A stretch of DNA of 55,928 nt, the filler included, from Dugesia japonica (lineage: Eukaryota): the NCBI GenBank assembly GCA_001938525.1. It is 4 parts of 4 records of this genome, joined end to end, with 100 filler letters (N's around TTAATTAATTAA, not from the genome) between each part and the next. Parts side by side here need not be neighbours in the genome. Positions count along the whole stretch, not along the records: positions 1 to 27,875 come from MQRL01603297.1; 3 more parts are not named here. One strand, given 5' to 3'. Under the pieces are notes generated by a model. That model was not told where the DNA came from. It saw nothing but the letters and a program-made list of their open reading frames with translations, and did not search any database. Positions 11,901 through 26,900 of the stretch are shown here, one piece after another. Numbering within the stretch: position 1 is the stretch's first letter; every line of letters begins with the position of its first letter. Made by a program: the position numbers and the translations under genes.

Positions 11901-14900
11901 CCAAAATGGCTAATGGTAAAATATTTTTAATAAATGATATATATGGTACAAATTCATTCCAAATTTGGTAAAATGAAAATTCAATGGTTTTTAAATTAAA
12001 ACTAATTAAATTATTTTATTTTCAAAATATTTTTTTTAAATAGACATCTTTTAGGTAACAAATTATTACAAAATTATGAACAGAGCACTTGATTTCAGTA
12101 AAATCACTAAAACCTTAAAATAACCATCATTCTGATTGGTTAACAAGATATTAAATTAGATCGATTTTTTCATCTTTTATCTAACTCTTGCAATCAAATC
12201 TTTGAATTATCACACATAATACCGCTTTAAATCATCAGCGTTATCATTAATGCATCTGCAAAGTTTACATAATGTTTAACTTGCCTAATTTTTATTACTG
12301 GATGTTGTTGTTGTCTAAGGTTCTAGTCACTGATGCCAGAATGTCATCCATTATTATGAGATCATCTTTAATATAGTCTTGAAAACTTGCATTCTTTCCT
12401 GATTCCCAAATAATATTCACCAATACAAATATTATTAAGTATAATGAATTTCTCAACATAAATACAGTAAAACCCCGATTATCCAACATCCGATTGTTAG
12501 ACACACAGTTTATCAGACATAGAAATATTTAAATTTAAAATACAATTAATAATCATTGAAATAAAAACTTCGATCAAATTTTTTTGTTTTTCATCAAAAA
12601 AAAGTTCATTTTTGACAAAGACTAAGTCGAAAATTCGAATTATTATCAAAACCAAAAAAAATGATCGAAGCTTTTAATGAATTCTGAAAAACGATCAATG
12701 GTTACGCCCAAAAATTATTCTCGCAATAATTGTAATTGTAAAATAATTAATATTGATTAAACTGTATTGACATACCATATATTAATTATGTCATATATTA
12801 ACATTATGTCAGATAAAAGAGGTTTTACTCTATTTATGTTTTTACATAGTTCTTTGACTGTGATAAACACTTTTGAATTTTTACATTTTAGAATATTTTC
12901 AGCCTCTCATGCTTGATAAGGTAGGTTGAATGTGTCGAATTCCTTTCTTTATCGATGACATCTAATTTCTTTCATAATAATAGGCGTCTATAATACACTT
13001 TTGATTCTAAGTACTGATCTGGTTCATTACTGTGTTGCTGTATTATTTAGAAGTAAAATCTTTCAAATTTTAGATAACTTTNNNNNNNNNNNNNNNNNNN
13101 NNNNNNATAACTTAATATCAATAACCAGTAAAATATTTCTTCCATCTCTTGTTAGTTTGCTGTTCCAAACTTTCAAGCACTTTAATGAACTAAATCGATT
13201 CTCAAAGCTCGGATATTGTTCATGTTGTCAATTGGAATTTTTGAAGTAATGCCGATTTTCTGATTTACCTCTAAGAAACAAAGGTGGTTTTTAATTTTCG
13301 AGTCATATTGGTTCCAATTAATACAGAGTTCCGAGTTATGCTTTTTCCCAGATGTACAAATGACAGTGAACTTTTAAGCTCTGTTATGCTGATTGCACTT
13401 TTATAGGCTCTCAATCTATCTATTGCTTAAAATTGATTTATCATTGTAGTTGCAATTTTTATGTCTTCTCTTTGAGACTTTAGCAAGTGACAGAAATATT
13501 GTGACTTTTCATTTGTTTTAACAAAATCAATATCGCCTTTTGAAGATCTTCGTGTTGAAATTATTTATCTTGTTGCACTTTGAAGGATTACCATCATCAA
13601 TTGTATTTCAAAATGCCTTTTTGATTTTATTATTCCAACTATAATCGTTCTAGGGACTCCATATATTATATGGCATATAGCTTTGCTATTTCTGTTTGGC
13701 TTTCATATTTGAAAAATTGTCAATTGAGTGGGAGGAGGTGTTTCAAATGTTGTATTCCACATGTTGATCACTGTATTCTCATATTTTCAGTAGGATTTTA
13801 AAACAAATTTTCTTTCATCTAATGTCACTTTTCGTGGCATGGTCAATTTTTTTGCCTACTTAATATATTAATAATAAAGTTAAAAGTCTATATTTTATTG
13901 ATTGTTTTAGATTAGTATATCTACGTATAAATTTATTCATATACAAAGCATAAACATATATTTCATAAATATAACAATAGTTATACGTTTTTGTAGATAA
14001 ATTTATTTTAGTTTAACTGTATACTAAATTTTTTGACCAGATGTGAAAAATGTTCTAATGCAGAGGGCAATAAATTTGAACACAAGTTGATAGACGTTGT
14101 TTTTATATTCAGAATGGCGGTAAAAATTAATCTGTGGATGTTTTGTGTTAGATAATCATCTCTCTAAATAAATTTATTTTAATTTAAACTGTAAAGTAAC
14201 TTTTTGAGCACTCTATATTATTCAAACGAGAAGATTGACACTCATCGTAGAATTTAGAAAACTAGCTGATTCCATTAAGAATTTATTACAATAAATATAA
14301 CAATTCGAAAAAACTGAGCTGAAACAATAATAATAATACAGGGTTTTTCATCATATTTTAACATTATTTCAGCATATTTTGACATTTTTTCAATCAATTT
14401 TGACATTATTAATTCATGATCCAAATATAAAAGTTTTTCATTTTTTTATAATCATTTAAAAATTAGTAAACAAGTCACTCAATTTGCATCATTAGGAAAA
14501 TATTTTAAATAAAAAAAAAAAAAATTTAAACAAATCTTTCACTACTGAAGTTAAGGATAAGTGTTTTAAAGCACCATTCTGTTAATCAGCAGCTAATTTT
14601 TTAAAATAGATTTTAAAATTAATTAAATATATTTTCAAAAAATTGTGACATGGTAAAATTTTAGATGATGCGAAAAACAATATTTTCTGATTCATGATAT
14701 CATTTATTACGTAATTTAAAAAATAAATATAAAAATGATGCACATAGCGGATGTTGAAGTTAGTCAATATTTTATTTTGAATTATTTTAGTTGAATATTA
14801 AATTTTATAAATAACTATTATATACTATTATATATAAACTATTANATAACTATTATTTCATAATTTGAATGATAATAATTTAATGTCAAAATTTACTGAA

Positions 14901-17900
14901 AAATATTAAAAAAAATTGAAATAATGTCAAAATATGATGAAAAATCTGTACTATAATTTTAATTTATTATAAATTATTAGTTTATTGAAAATTAAAAAAA
15001 TAAGCGTAAAAAGTTTAAAAATATAATAAGAAAATAAAAAAATTATTTAAAATTATTTAAATTATTAAAATTATTTATTTAAAAATTAATAATAAAAATT
15101 TATAAGAATTTATTTGATTGAATATTGAATATCATTTTTCTTTTATGACAATTTATTCAAACAAAAATACTTACAATTTTGAAAACAATCTTGCATAAAT
15201 TTTAAATTATATATATAAAAAGCCAAATATATTTAATTTTCAAAAATATTTAAAAATTTGTATTAATTTTTTTAAAATAAATTCAATTAAATTTTTTGAA
15301 ATTCAAAGCAATCTATAACAAATTTTAAATTAACTTTAAATAGACTAATTTGATTTTAAAATTCAATAAATTTTTTAAATACATTTAATATTTAATACTC
15401 ATAATATGCGTCATATCTTTCAATAATTTAATTTATAATATTTTCATTTTAAATTTAATAAATTTCAGCTCACATTTCAAAAATTTAAATCCACTTCAAC
15501 AATCTCACAGGGATTAAAAAAATGCTAAAGTTTTTATACCTGAGTTTTTAAACCGTATATCAGAAAAACCAATTTTATTTGGTTTGCCGTCGGTTGAAGA
15601 CAGATGTGTCACCAGTTGCTTAAAGAAGAGGGGAACAGGTCTAGCAAGATAAATCGATGTCACAATGAGACAAAAAATCAGTGAACTGGCTGTAACATCC
15701 GCAAATAGTCTAATCGTAGGAGACATAGCAACCGAATACGAATGAATCGAGAATGTAACATATCACAATCATCAAATTGTAAACAGTTGGCATTATGTTT
15801 TTTAAAGTATTATAAAAAGAAGCTCGCGTGTCGAAGACATATTACTTATATGAACGTTTTAAACAAAGTGATATGTGGAAATTCACCTGGTGGAAATTCA
15901 CTATTAATATTTCATCCCTTTTAAATACGCAAAATGAACGCATACACCGAATGGTGGGAATAAAAACAGAGTTTCTAACTGAACAGGTGCTGGTTGAAAT
16001 TGATTGCCAACATCCATTTGTAATAGTCTACCGTGCGGTGTCATGGAAAAGTAAAACACAACTGCAATTTATTGAAGGAATTGCTGATGGAAAAAATAAT
16101 GTTTCCTCTCTCGAAGGAATAAAACAGTTAATCAATTTATTTATAGTATTGAAACGTATCCCTATATGTTTTAAGACATAAAAAAAATAATTGATGGCGA
16201 AAGTTGAATTTGGCATCAAAATGGTGCTAAAACATATACAACTAAAGAAACTGTTAAATGGCTACAAGAGAATACTACGAGCCTTATTATGCCAGATTAA
16301 TGGCCCTCGAAAAGTTCCGATTTGACTGTTATGGACTACTCGATTAGGAAAATACTGCTAGAAGAAGTATAGATTGCATGCAGTAAGGTGAATATGATTA
16401 ATGTACTTAAACTGGTTCTAACAAAAGCGTAATAGAATATAATATCAGTTAAGAAACCTTACAAAAAGCTACTGAAGGTTGGATAAGACGTCTTAAAAAG
16501 TGCCGTGGCAATTATGGAAATCAATTCGAACATTTGTGATTACATGTATCTTAATTTTTTGTAATTTCTGTAAATATAAATCTTTTATTTTTTATGAATC
16601 ATCCTGTAGTATGTTACCTCCTTGAAAAATGTATGTTGTGAATATTTTAAAATCACTGAATTTGAATATTATCGGATTATTTAAATGTTTTAAGATGTGA
16701 TTATTAATTTTAAATAAAATGTTTTGAAAATACTCAAATAAATCCAAATATTTATTATTTCAACTAATTTTTTATCTTGGTAATTTTAATGAAATTTTAA
16801 GTATGGAGTTTATTATAAAGTTTATTATTTGATTGTTTATTTATCATTTTTATTTAAATTTTAACTGGAAATAATATATATTTAAGTAATTAAATTATAA
16901 TTTTGACTCGTTAATTTAATTATATTTATTTGATCAAAATCTGTAACATGTTGTAAAGTACAATTTAGAAATTTACCGCCTAAAATATATATTTTAAGCA
17001 CTTCCCGAATTTTGGCGGTATAGGAAGGGTTGACTGTATTCATCCTTATTTTGTTATTACAAAAATAGCTATATACCTCCACATAAATTTTTGTTTACAA
17101 ATTTGCACGAATTGAGGCGGTATAACGAGGGTTGACTGTATATGTTTTGATTCTGTAACTTAACTAAAGTTTTTGGTTTATAGAGCAAATACAGATTGAG
17201 TTCCATTTTGTCTTTAAAATTTAGAAATTTTAATTTTGAATCTTCAGTTTTGTTAGTTGATACCACGTTACGTTATAAATTTGATAAAAATATTAAATAT
17301 GTAATTATTGACTAAAATATTTTTAGTAAAATTTATGTAAAAAGATTTCACGTAATCTTTGTAATTTTTAATACAGATAAAAACTAAAATCTTTTCATCT
17401 ATTTGACGAAATCCTGATAAAGGCTGATCGTATTTTGAAACGTCGGTTTCCTCAAGTAATAAATGAATATTGATAAACTAAGATAAAAATTCTAACTGGA
17501 TTTGTTTATATTTACCTTTTTATTCTAAAAGACATTAAATTAACTAAAACATTAAATTATTTTTTTGTTCTTAGATCTATTTAAAACATTAATAATGCCA
17601 ATGAGAATTTCAATTAAAATAATTTTTAAAAATTCAAATGATTGAACTACATTATTAAAATTAGACATTCAATTCAAAAATTATAAATTTATAAGAATTT
17701 GATGAAAATTCTTTTTAATTAATGATTTTAGATACTCCTGGCTGATTTATATAACGAAGGTGCCAAATGTGAGGGTATATTTAGATTAACAGGATCAGTA
17801 ACACAGTCAGATGATTATGTAAGTCAAATAGCCGAAACCGATGATGTAAAAATTGATACAAATATTCATAATAAAACTAACATTTTAAAAGTATTTAAGA

Positions 17901-20900
17901 TTTTGATCATAGTTTTATTTTTGTGTAACAATAGAAATTTATCAGCATTATCGATGGATCACTTCTATCAACAATTACTAAAGAAAGCTTTAATATTTTG
18001 GCAAGTGAAATAGTTTCAACAGATGATTTTCTTTCGCAAGACGAATTACAAACAAAACTAATCGGGTAAATTTTTTATCAATAAATACTCTTCATATTCT
18101 TAATTAATTAAAATTAGTATTATATTGATTCTCATTGCATTGCCCGATTTTCAAAACACTTATTTATTTTAATTAAGATAGCGTTATTTTTATTAAATTA
18201 TTATTAAATTAATTTTTGTGTAAATACTCAATAATTTAATTAAGAACAATAATCTAAATGAAAATCGAAATTATTATAGAACTGCTGGATATTTACAACA
18301 ATATATACTAGATATAGAAAGAAAAATTAAGGTTCTTGAAATAGAACAAATAAAAAATGTAATTTATACTTAATATTAGCATCATACATGTATTATGGAA
18401 ATTCTTCGTAATATGCGGGATAATATAAAGATCTAAATTAGATGACTTTTATTTACGGAAACAAAATTATAAAAATTTAAATTCACTGGGTTTTATTAAA
18501 ATTTAATGGGCAGTTGACTCATTGATGGAAATGAAGGCTAATTTTCAACTTTTATGTTACTATGGAAAATGAAGGTTATTGGCGTCTTATAAATTGTAGA
18601 CTCAAAACTAGTTTCTAAATGTCACAGATACTTATAATGCATATACACCACAATATATTATTACAGACACCTATTTATCTACTACAGTTTTCTGTATATG
18701 AAATACGCTCTTAATGTTTTTATTTAATCAAAAAATAACCCCAAAACGAAGTCACAATCTTGCAGTCAGCAGCATTTTTAAAGTGTTCGCCAATGTAGTA
18801 AGCTAAATAAAATTGTCTCCGAAGATTTGGTTTTATAATAAGTAATATGGGATTGTTAATGAGTTTTAACTCATCGGATCATCAGCATCAAAATTCATCT
18901 TCATAAAATTTATTTCAAATAAAAACTATCTATAACCAACTTTTTGTGTTTTAAAACAAATTAAAATCCATGTTTTAATTGGTGATTGTTTCTCAAAATT
19001 TTTTAAAATCTATTTAAAGTCGTTTAAATTTTTTTTTCAGATTTTAAAACAAATGTTCACTTTATTTATTAAAACTTAATTTTAAAATGTAAAACAAATA
19101 CTCATTAGTCATTTAAATTTTATATTCAAATTTTAAAACAGATTTTTACTTTATTTATTAAAACTTAATTTTAAAATTTAAAACAAATACTCATTAGTCA
19201 TTTAATTTTTCATCTACAATTTAAATCTTTTTTAANNNNNNNNNNNNNNNNNNNNNNNNNNNNNNNNNNNNNNNNNNNNNNNNNNCTTTTCAAAACAGAC
19301 TCACAGTGATCAACTATCAATTTTCAATTATTTTCTTCTCGAGTGTATAAGCTGCATAGATAATCTTCATTCGCTTGTAACTCACGAAAATGACCATTTT
19401 TATTTGAAAATTACACAAATACCTCGCAATTGTATCTGTAGGTTCAAAATTAATTTAAAAACATCTTTTCGATCAAAGTTTTATAATTAATTTAAACTTT
19501 AACGTCCAACAATTATTCTAGCAATAATTGTAATTGTAAATAAATTAGTTATAATTATAATATAAATTATTTAATATTTCAATGAATTTAATGTTTAAAA
19601 TGATGTTGACAAAATACATTAAATTCAATATAACGTATTTTAAAAATCTCAGTTAAACATTTTGATAATATTGTTTAACATAATTTATTTGCAAAAAAAT
19701 GATTAATGATTAAACAAATATTTTTTTTAGCTTCATTCAGAAAATTCCACCTAATCACTTGAATTTTTTTCAACACATACTTGTGATTCTAGATACCATA
19801 ATTAAAAATTCACAAATAAATCAAATGAATATCACCAATGTTTCTACTTGTTTTTCCCAAAATCTGTTTAAGCATCTTTCTGATGATCCAATTAAAATTA
19901 ATCGATTGTTTGAATGTATACTCCACGTGAGAGATCGAATTGTAAATCCAGTTACTTACAGTAATATTGTTCGAAGTTTTGAAAGCAGAAAACTATCAAG
20001 TGGATCCTCAGAAAGTGAGATAGCGTATTTTGAATACACAATAATATTCGATTTATTCTATGTTTAACTTGAAATACATGGATTTAAATTTTAAATTAGA
20101 ATGTTTAATTAGAATTTTTTAAATTTTTGTTTAAATGTCTTAGAAATNNNNNNNNNNNNNNNNNNNNNNNNNNNNNNNNNNNNNNNNNNNNNNNNNNNNN
20201 NNNNNNNNNNNNNNNNNNNNNNNNNNNNNNNNNNNNNNNNNNNNNNNNNNNNNNNNNNNNNNNNNNNNNNNNNNNAATTAAAAATGACTAGAAAATTTGT
20301 TTATATTACATTTGAATTTAAGTAAAATTAGCAAATTATTAATCATTATATGTTTATTGGTTTTAATAATTAATAATTTTATTGTGAATTTATCAAAAGC
20401 TTTTAAAATACTTTTCATTAAAATATTGTTTTCAATTATTTTCTGTTTATAATCCAGAATATAATTGTCTTTGATAGAAATTTCTTCATGGTATCTTATA
20501 AAATTGTATATAGTTACACAGTTGTGTGAGAACGTTGTTATCTGTGCAAATTAGTGATCATTTGTAATTTCACTTATCTGTTTACTCATTTGATATGTCA
20601 AATTGATCACAATTTATTTCACTAAATTATCGAATAATTAAATTCAACCTATACAGTTTCATATGTTTCAATATGTGATTCATAATGATGTTAATAAAAT
20701 TTGAAAACGATTATAATATCGTTTTTTTCAATTTTTTGTCGTATTTTGAATGAATAATATTAATTTATTTGTTTCCGTTAAAAGTCTTTATTTCACTTTC
20801 ATTTGCAATTAATAACCATGAATAATTCACATATCTTGTTTATTACGAATAATTTCTTTGTACATTACTGTTTTATACACTGAAATTTGATGCACTGCAA

Positions 20901-23900
20901 ATTATTTTTTACATTTTAATTTTTCATTTTTAACATCTAACAATTTTTATTTTTCGATAAATTCTTTTAAAATGTATTTATTTATTATGAAAATTATCAT
21001 ATTCATAAATAGTAAAACTTTGAAAATGGTCATTAGTATAATTTTGTCTTTTTTTAAATTGATTGATTTTTTTGTAATTCATTCTTTTTTACATAAATCT
21101 TTACTGAAAAGCAAATGAAATCCACGTTTTAATTTCTTTAACAAACATGTCATTCAAACTTTGTTAAACGACATTATTCATTGATAATTATTATTGTGAG
21201 GCATACATACCTCTGGTAAATAACAATCTTCTTTTAGCATAAATATTTATTAAAAAAAATTACAAGGTTTCTAAATAAATTTTACAATAATAAATTTACA
21301 GCAAATCAATAAATTTACACTACAATAACTTATAATTTACAAATAATAAAAATTACCCTTTAAAATTTTTAAAAGAACCAATACTACCTTGTCAAAATTC
21401 CCCTCCTTTAAGAATTTTTTTGATTTTTTCTATATTTCTCTCTATTATCCTGCCTTGACTGTCTTGTAGAATATATCTTCTCATGCGGTTTGTCTACCAC
21501 TTGATATGATCATACATATTTTTCGTTGTTTTTATTCCCCCTCCTTCACTTTTCACTAGCACACACTCTCCTATCTGAAAATGTCTTCTCGTCAAATTTT
21601 CTCTGGAATTATTCCATTAGAATTAACTCTTGAATCTATAAGAACTTCGTGACTAATATATCTCCCAAACATAAGTTTCACAGGGCTTATCTACGTACTT
21701 TTCTGTTTAGTAGCGTTCATCGCAAACTCCACCTCTGGAATAATTTCAGCCCAGTCCGATGTGCCTCTCTCACACAGAATTGTGTTTATCCATTCTTTCA
21801 CCGTTCTGAATTGACGTTCTATCTGTCCGTTTGTATTGTGATGATATGGACTCGACGTCAGCAATTTTATTCCAAAATCCGTCGTGAATTCTCTCATAAC
21901 TTTAGACTCAAATATCTGTCCGCAATCTGCCATCAATACCCTTGGACAACCCCACTTAAGAATCCATTGGTTCTGTATCGCCTTCTGTACTGTCGATTCA
22001 TCTTGTCGTCTAAAGGCTACTAATACTATATATTTAGTGTACTGATCCACCATCCCCAAAATGTATCTTTTTCTTCTCGATGTTTCTCACCGCGGTCCAC
22101 AAATATTCACATACAGAGTTTCTTCTTGGCGGCTAGGTTCAGCTCTTACCACTTCTTCTTTTGTTCTACCTGTCCATGTCTTTGTCCTTTGACAATGTTC
22201 ACATCCCTGGATTACCTCCTTAATTTTATCTCTCCATTTAATCTTGGGCCATTGTCTTTTAATGTATTTTGAAGATTTTTCGACTCCCGCATGACATAAC
22301 ATTTTATGCATTCTCATCATTTCATCTTTGTATCTTTCCTCATTCCATCCCATTTTATCTGTCTCCTCCATTGGGGCCACTTCCTGCAGAATCCCTGTTT
22401 TAATCTTTTCTTTCATCGCCCTTTCATGGAACAAATGACATTGTGTGCAGTTATTACACTTAGGTCTGGACAAAAAATTTGCATTACTGTGTAATTCTCC
22501 TTTTCTATATAATAACTCTATGTCTAGGTTACTCAAATAATTCACCCATGTCTGAAATTGTGGTGTAATTGGCTTCTTTGTTCCCAACATTAAAGTGATC
22601 TGTTCGTAATCGAAATCGCTTCCTAGAAAGATAATGCTTAAACAAATTGCAGAAATACTACACTGCCAATAATTCCTTTCTCGTTGTGCAATAACCGTTT
22701 TCATGGTAAGTCATTGCGTGCGATCCATACGCAATAACTCTTTCTCTATTGTTATCATCCGTCTGAGATAATACTGCTCTTATGGTTTCAAAACTATCAT
22801 CCGTGCCCAATGTAAATGTTTTGTCTAAATCTTGGAATGCCAGTAAAGGTGCTGAAGTTAATGCGATTTTTAAACCTTTAAAAATTCTGTCTAATTCGTC
22901 ATTCCATAATAATTTTGTATTACACTACCTGACTGCTCCAACTTTCTCATTTTCGCCGCATAACCATTAATAAATTTTCTGTAATAATTACAAATCCCTA
23001 GAAACCTGCGCATTTTTTTTACACAATTCGGCCTTCCAAATTCTTTGATAGCTTTTAACTTTGCCAGATCAGTTCTTATTCCCTCTACACTCACTAGGTG
23101 ATCCAAAAATTTAATTTCTCGTTTTAAAAATTCACATTTTCCGGATTAATTCTCAGTCCAGCATTGATTACCCGTCCCAATACCTCCTCCACTCGAGTGT
23201 AATGACTTTACTTGTCTTTAAAGAAAATTAGGATATCGTTGAGATATACCATCGCCCCATCGATATTACCTATTTCTTTTCTCATCATCTCCTGAAAATT
23301 TCCCGGAGCAGTTGCTATCCCAAAAGGCATTCGCGTGAAACAATACAGCCCATGTTTTGTCGAAAAAGCCGTGTTTCTTGCTAGTCTTTTTCTAGTTCTT
23401 CTTGGTAGTATGCATTACCTAAGTCGATCGAGCTGAAATACACATTTCCATGCAATGCATCTAACATCTCATCTATATTCGGCATCGGAAATGCTTGCCT
23501 TTCACTAATTGCGCTAAGCCTTCTAAAATATAGACAAAGTCGTACATCTTTCTTCTTTTGCTTCCATATGCACATTAATGGTGCATTCCAAGGTGAAATA
23601 CATTTCCGAATGATACCGTTTTCCACCAAGTTTCGAATTGTCTCTTCCATGTGATTCTCTAAGTGCATCAGAATTCTGTACGGTTTTACCTTTATTGGAT
23701 CACCTTTTGTCACAATTCTATACTTCTCAATGTGAGTCATTTTCATTTCTCATGTGCCTCAAATCACCGCAACCAAAACATCTTCCTCGTTGATTTTTTA
23801 TACAATTCATACTCAAATGTCCCTTCTGATGACACGACCAACCTTCTCTAGATTATTCTCCAGGACACTGTGCCCTCATATGGTGCTTCATATGACATCC

Positions 23901-26900
23901 CCAACATTCAACTGTTCTTTTTGAATTTCGAAGTTGCTCCTGTCTCCTTATTTGTGGACTTACTGGTTTGTGCCAATCCTTATTCAATCTTGTTGTCTGA
24001 CTTCTTATCGCATCAATATAGTCTTTTATCCCTTCTATTTTATCTAATAAACCCAATGTTTCCTTAATTTCCGTTACCGTGGATTGTTTGCTGAGTACCA
24101 CTTCTCTGTGCAAAGTATTACTCTCAGATGAACTCACTAGAATTTTGGCTAACAACGCTTATTTTGTCAAATCTTTGTGTGCAAAATATTTTCTACTAGA
24201 GTCTCTGCTTTTTTTATGAATGTATCTAACTCCAGATTTCCTCGTCTGAATGTTAATAAACTCTCCAGGTCTTCTAAAATATCCTTTTCCTTGTGAAAAG
24301 CCAGCCGCAGACTTGCTTGAAAATCCGTTGCTTTATCTGCAGTGTTTAAATATTTTTCTATCAAATCAGTGTCTAATAAACACGATACTAGCTTTTCCTG
24401 ATCTCTTTGAGCATTAATCCCTTTAGTTGCCAAGTACAACTCGCACTGTTTTAAAAATATTTCCAATTCTCCGTCTCCTACTACAGTTTCTCGGTAGCAA
24501 CCTCTCTGCAATGGTGCCGGTAATAACCGCTGCCACCATGTGAGCATACCTCTGGTAAATAACAATCTTCTTTTAGCATAAATATTTATTAAAAAAAATT
24601 ACAAGGTTTCTAAACAAATTTTACAATAATAAATTTACAGCAAATCAATAAATTTACACTACAATAACTTATAATTTACAAATAATTAATAATAAAAATT
24701 ACCCTTTAAAATTTATAAATACACCAATATTACCTTGTCAAAATTCCAAAATAAATACCTTCAGATAAACCTTTTTAGACTCAGATTTATTTTTTAAATT
24801 TAAACCACCGCAAAACAACTGATTATAATATTTAAATTAAATCTATAAATTCTTATATATAATTAATCCTCACAATTATATTTTATTATATTCATTTATC
24901 TATGTCATTAAATTTGAGTTATCTGAAGGACAAATGCTCAAAAATTAAATAATTAAATGTATAATTCTGAGCACGGGTTTTCTGCATTCAATTTGAGTTA
25001 TCTGAAGGACAAATGCTCAAAAATTAAATAATTTCCATCATTGGAAAATAAAATTATTTTCATTTCACGACACTCACGTGATTCCGGAAATTAATAATTC
25101 CTACAATTTCCACATCATCATGAACGAAAAATATTAGTAAAGCAATAAAGAAATTAATTGGAATAAAAATAAAAATTTTCGTAATTTTACTAATTTAATA
25201 TCGCCATTAATATCCTACCAGATAAAAGCATTACCTTTTATCAGAAACAATTGGTCTTTGTTGTTGATAGTTCTCATGGAATTCACCAATGACTTTTTAC
25301 GTTTCGGACTATCATATTAAATCCATTTCTCATTTCTCATGACAATTTTCCACAAGAAAGACTTTCGATGCTGTCTATTGAGAAGAGAAAGACATGTCTG
25401 GTAGGATATTAAGGGCGTGCTATATTATGAGTGATATTTGTCGTTGATATTTGTTGGATTAAGTTCATGTAGGGCCAGATTTCTTTCTTTTTGGATATTA
25501 CACATTTCATGTAGGTGATTAGAAACAGTTTGCTGAGTTACTTACAATTGTTTTGTAAGCTCCACCCGTGCCTGTGTCTCTGTCGAATTATCAGAGTAGT
25601 TGTTCCAGATATTCATTCCTGCATGCTTTAGTAGCACCAGGACGTTGTTTGTCCGTGAGACTGAAATCACCGCTTTTAAAGCGCCTGAAGCAAAATGTAT
25701 ACTCATCATACGACTCTACATCTTTGCCAAGAACTGAACAAATGGATTCCCATGTTCTTGCTGCAGTGTCGAATACAGTGTCGAATATGTACCATATCTG
25801 ATCCTATGTAGGACACTGCTGGATTGAAAGTTTTGAAGTTTCTGATTGATTCTTTTGTAATTAATTTAATTTGACAATTAATTCTACATTAAAATATTGT
25901 AACAATTGTATTACTTATATAACATAATAAAAATTTGAATTATTTATTTGTAAACCTAATATATAGAAACACAACAATTTTCTAATCATATTAATAATAC
26001 ATTCAATGTTTCTAGCTTAAAATACTGTTTTAATAATTAATTATTTCATTTAAATAAAAGCTTCGATCAAATTTTTTTAGTTTTTGATAATATTTAGTCT
26101 TCGCCAGGACTTGACTTTTTTGATTTATTCAAGATTGAATTATTTATTATTTGTTTAATTAATTATTTGTTTTATAGGTCATCATAAATCAGATGGAGCG
26201 GTCAACTTTGATTTGGAATTCAATTTGTATATATATTTTTAGTATTAATCTTTTATTACAATTAAATAGACCAATGAATTATAAAGCAGTGTCAAATTCC
26301 AACGACGAGAAAAGTTCTGTATCTGTACCCGTAGTCCCTCCAAGACTTAAAAAGAATATTCAAAATAAGCATATTTTCACAACTCCAATTGGAAGTCCTG
26401 TTATTCCTAGTAGATCTATCTCCAGACAAATTAGTCTTGAAAATAAACGCCCATTATCTTCTGTAATTTTGGCGACAGATGTGAATGACAAATATCTTGA
26501 TGAATTAGACTCTAAATTTGTTTCCAAAAATTTAGATGACCCCATATTACCTTCAAAATCTCCTGTAAAACCAATTCAAAAGTCTAAAAGACTTTCAAGG
26601 AGTTCCAATACTTTCAGTACAAACTCAACAGAAACTATGAATACTGAATCCGGTAATTTTTGTCGCCAAATTCAAGTCAACCGTAAACATAAAAACTATA
26701 CCAACTCAGAAAATTTTAACCAAATTCAGAATAATGCCAAAAATAATGTGAATCAACTCAAATCTTTTTCTAAATTAACTCGAAGTAATGATAGAGTTAT
26801 TCCTAAAAATCGCTCCAGATCTCAAAGTAAATTAGTGGAAAATGTGCCAAATATTGATTCACAGCCAACAAAAACTACATATCATTACAATGCCGATTCT

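Larger units (their letters stand above)
21195..24740 (-). mobile_element. Ty3/Gypsy LTR retrotransposon with both LTRs, protease deleted
   Basis: ~200-bp LTRs at 21195-21394 and 24539-24740, PBS, PPT (AAAGGAGGGG at ~21400-21409), gag with zinc knuckles, RT, RNase H and integrase fragments with frameshifts. Confidence 0.95.

Noticed and set aside
26193-26269. ATG start of the 362-aa ORF as a standalone gene
   Set aside because: The N-terminus runs through a 43-nt intron; splice phases link it to the RhoGAP exons
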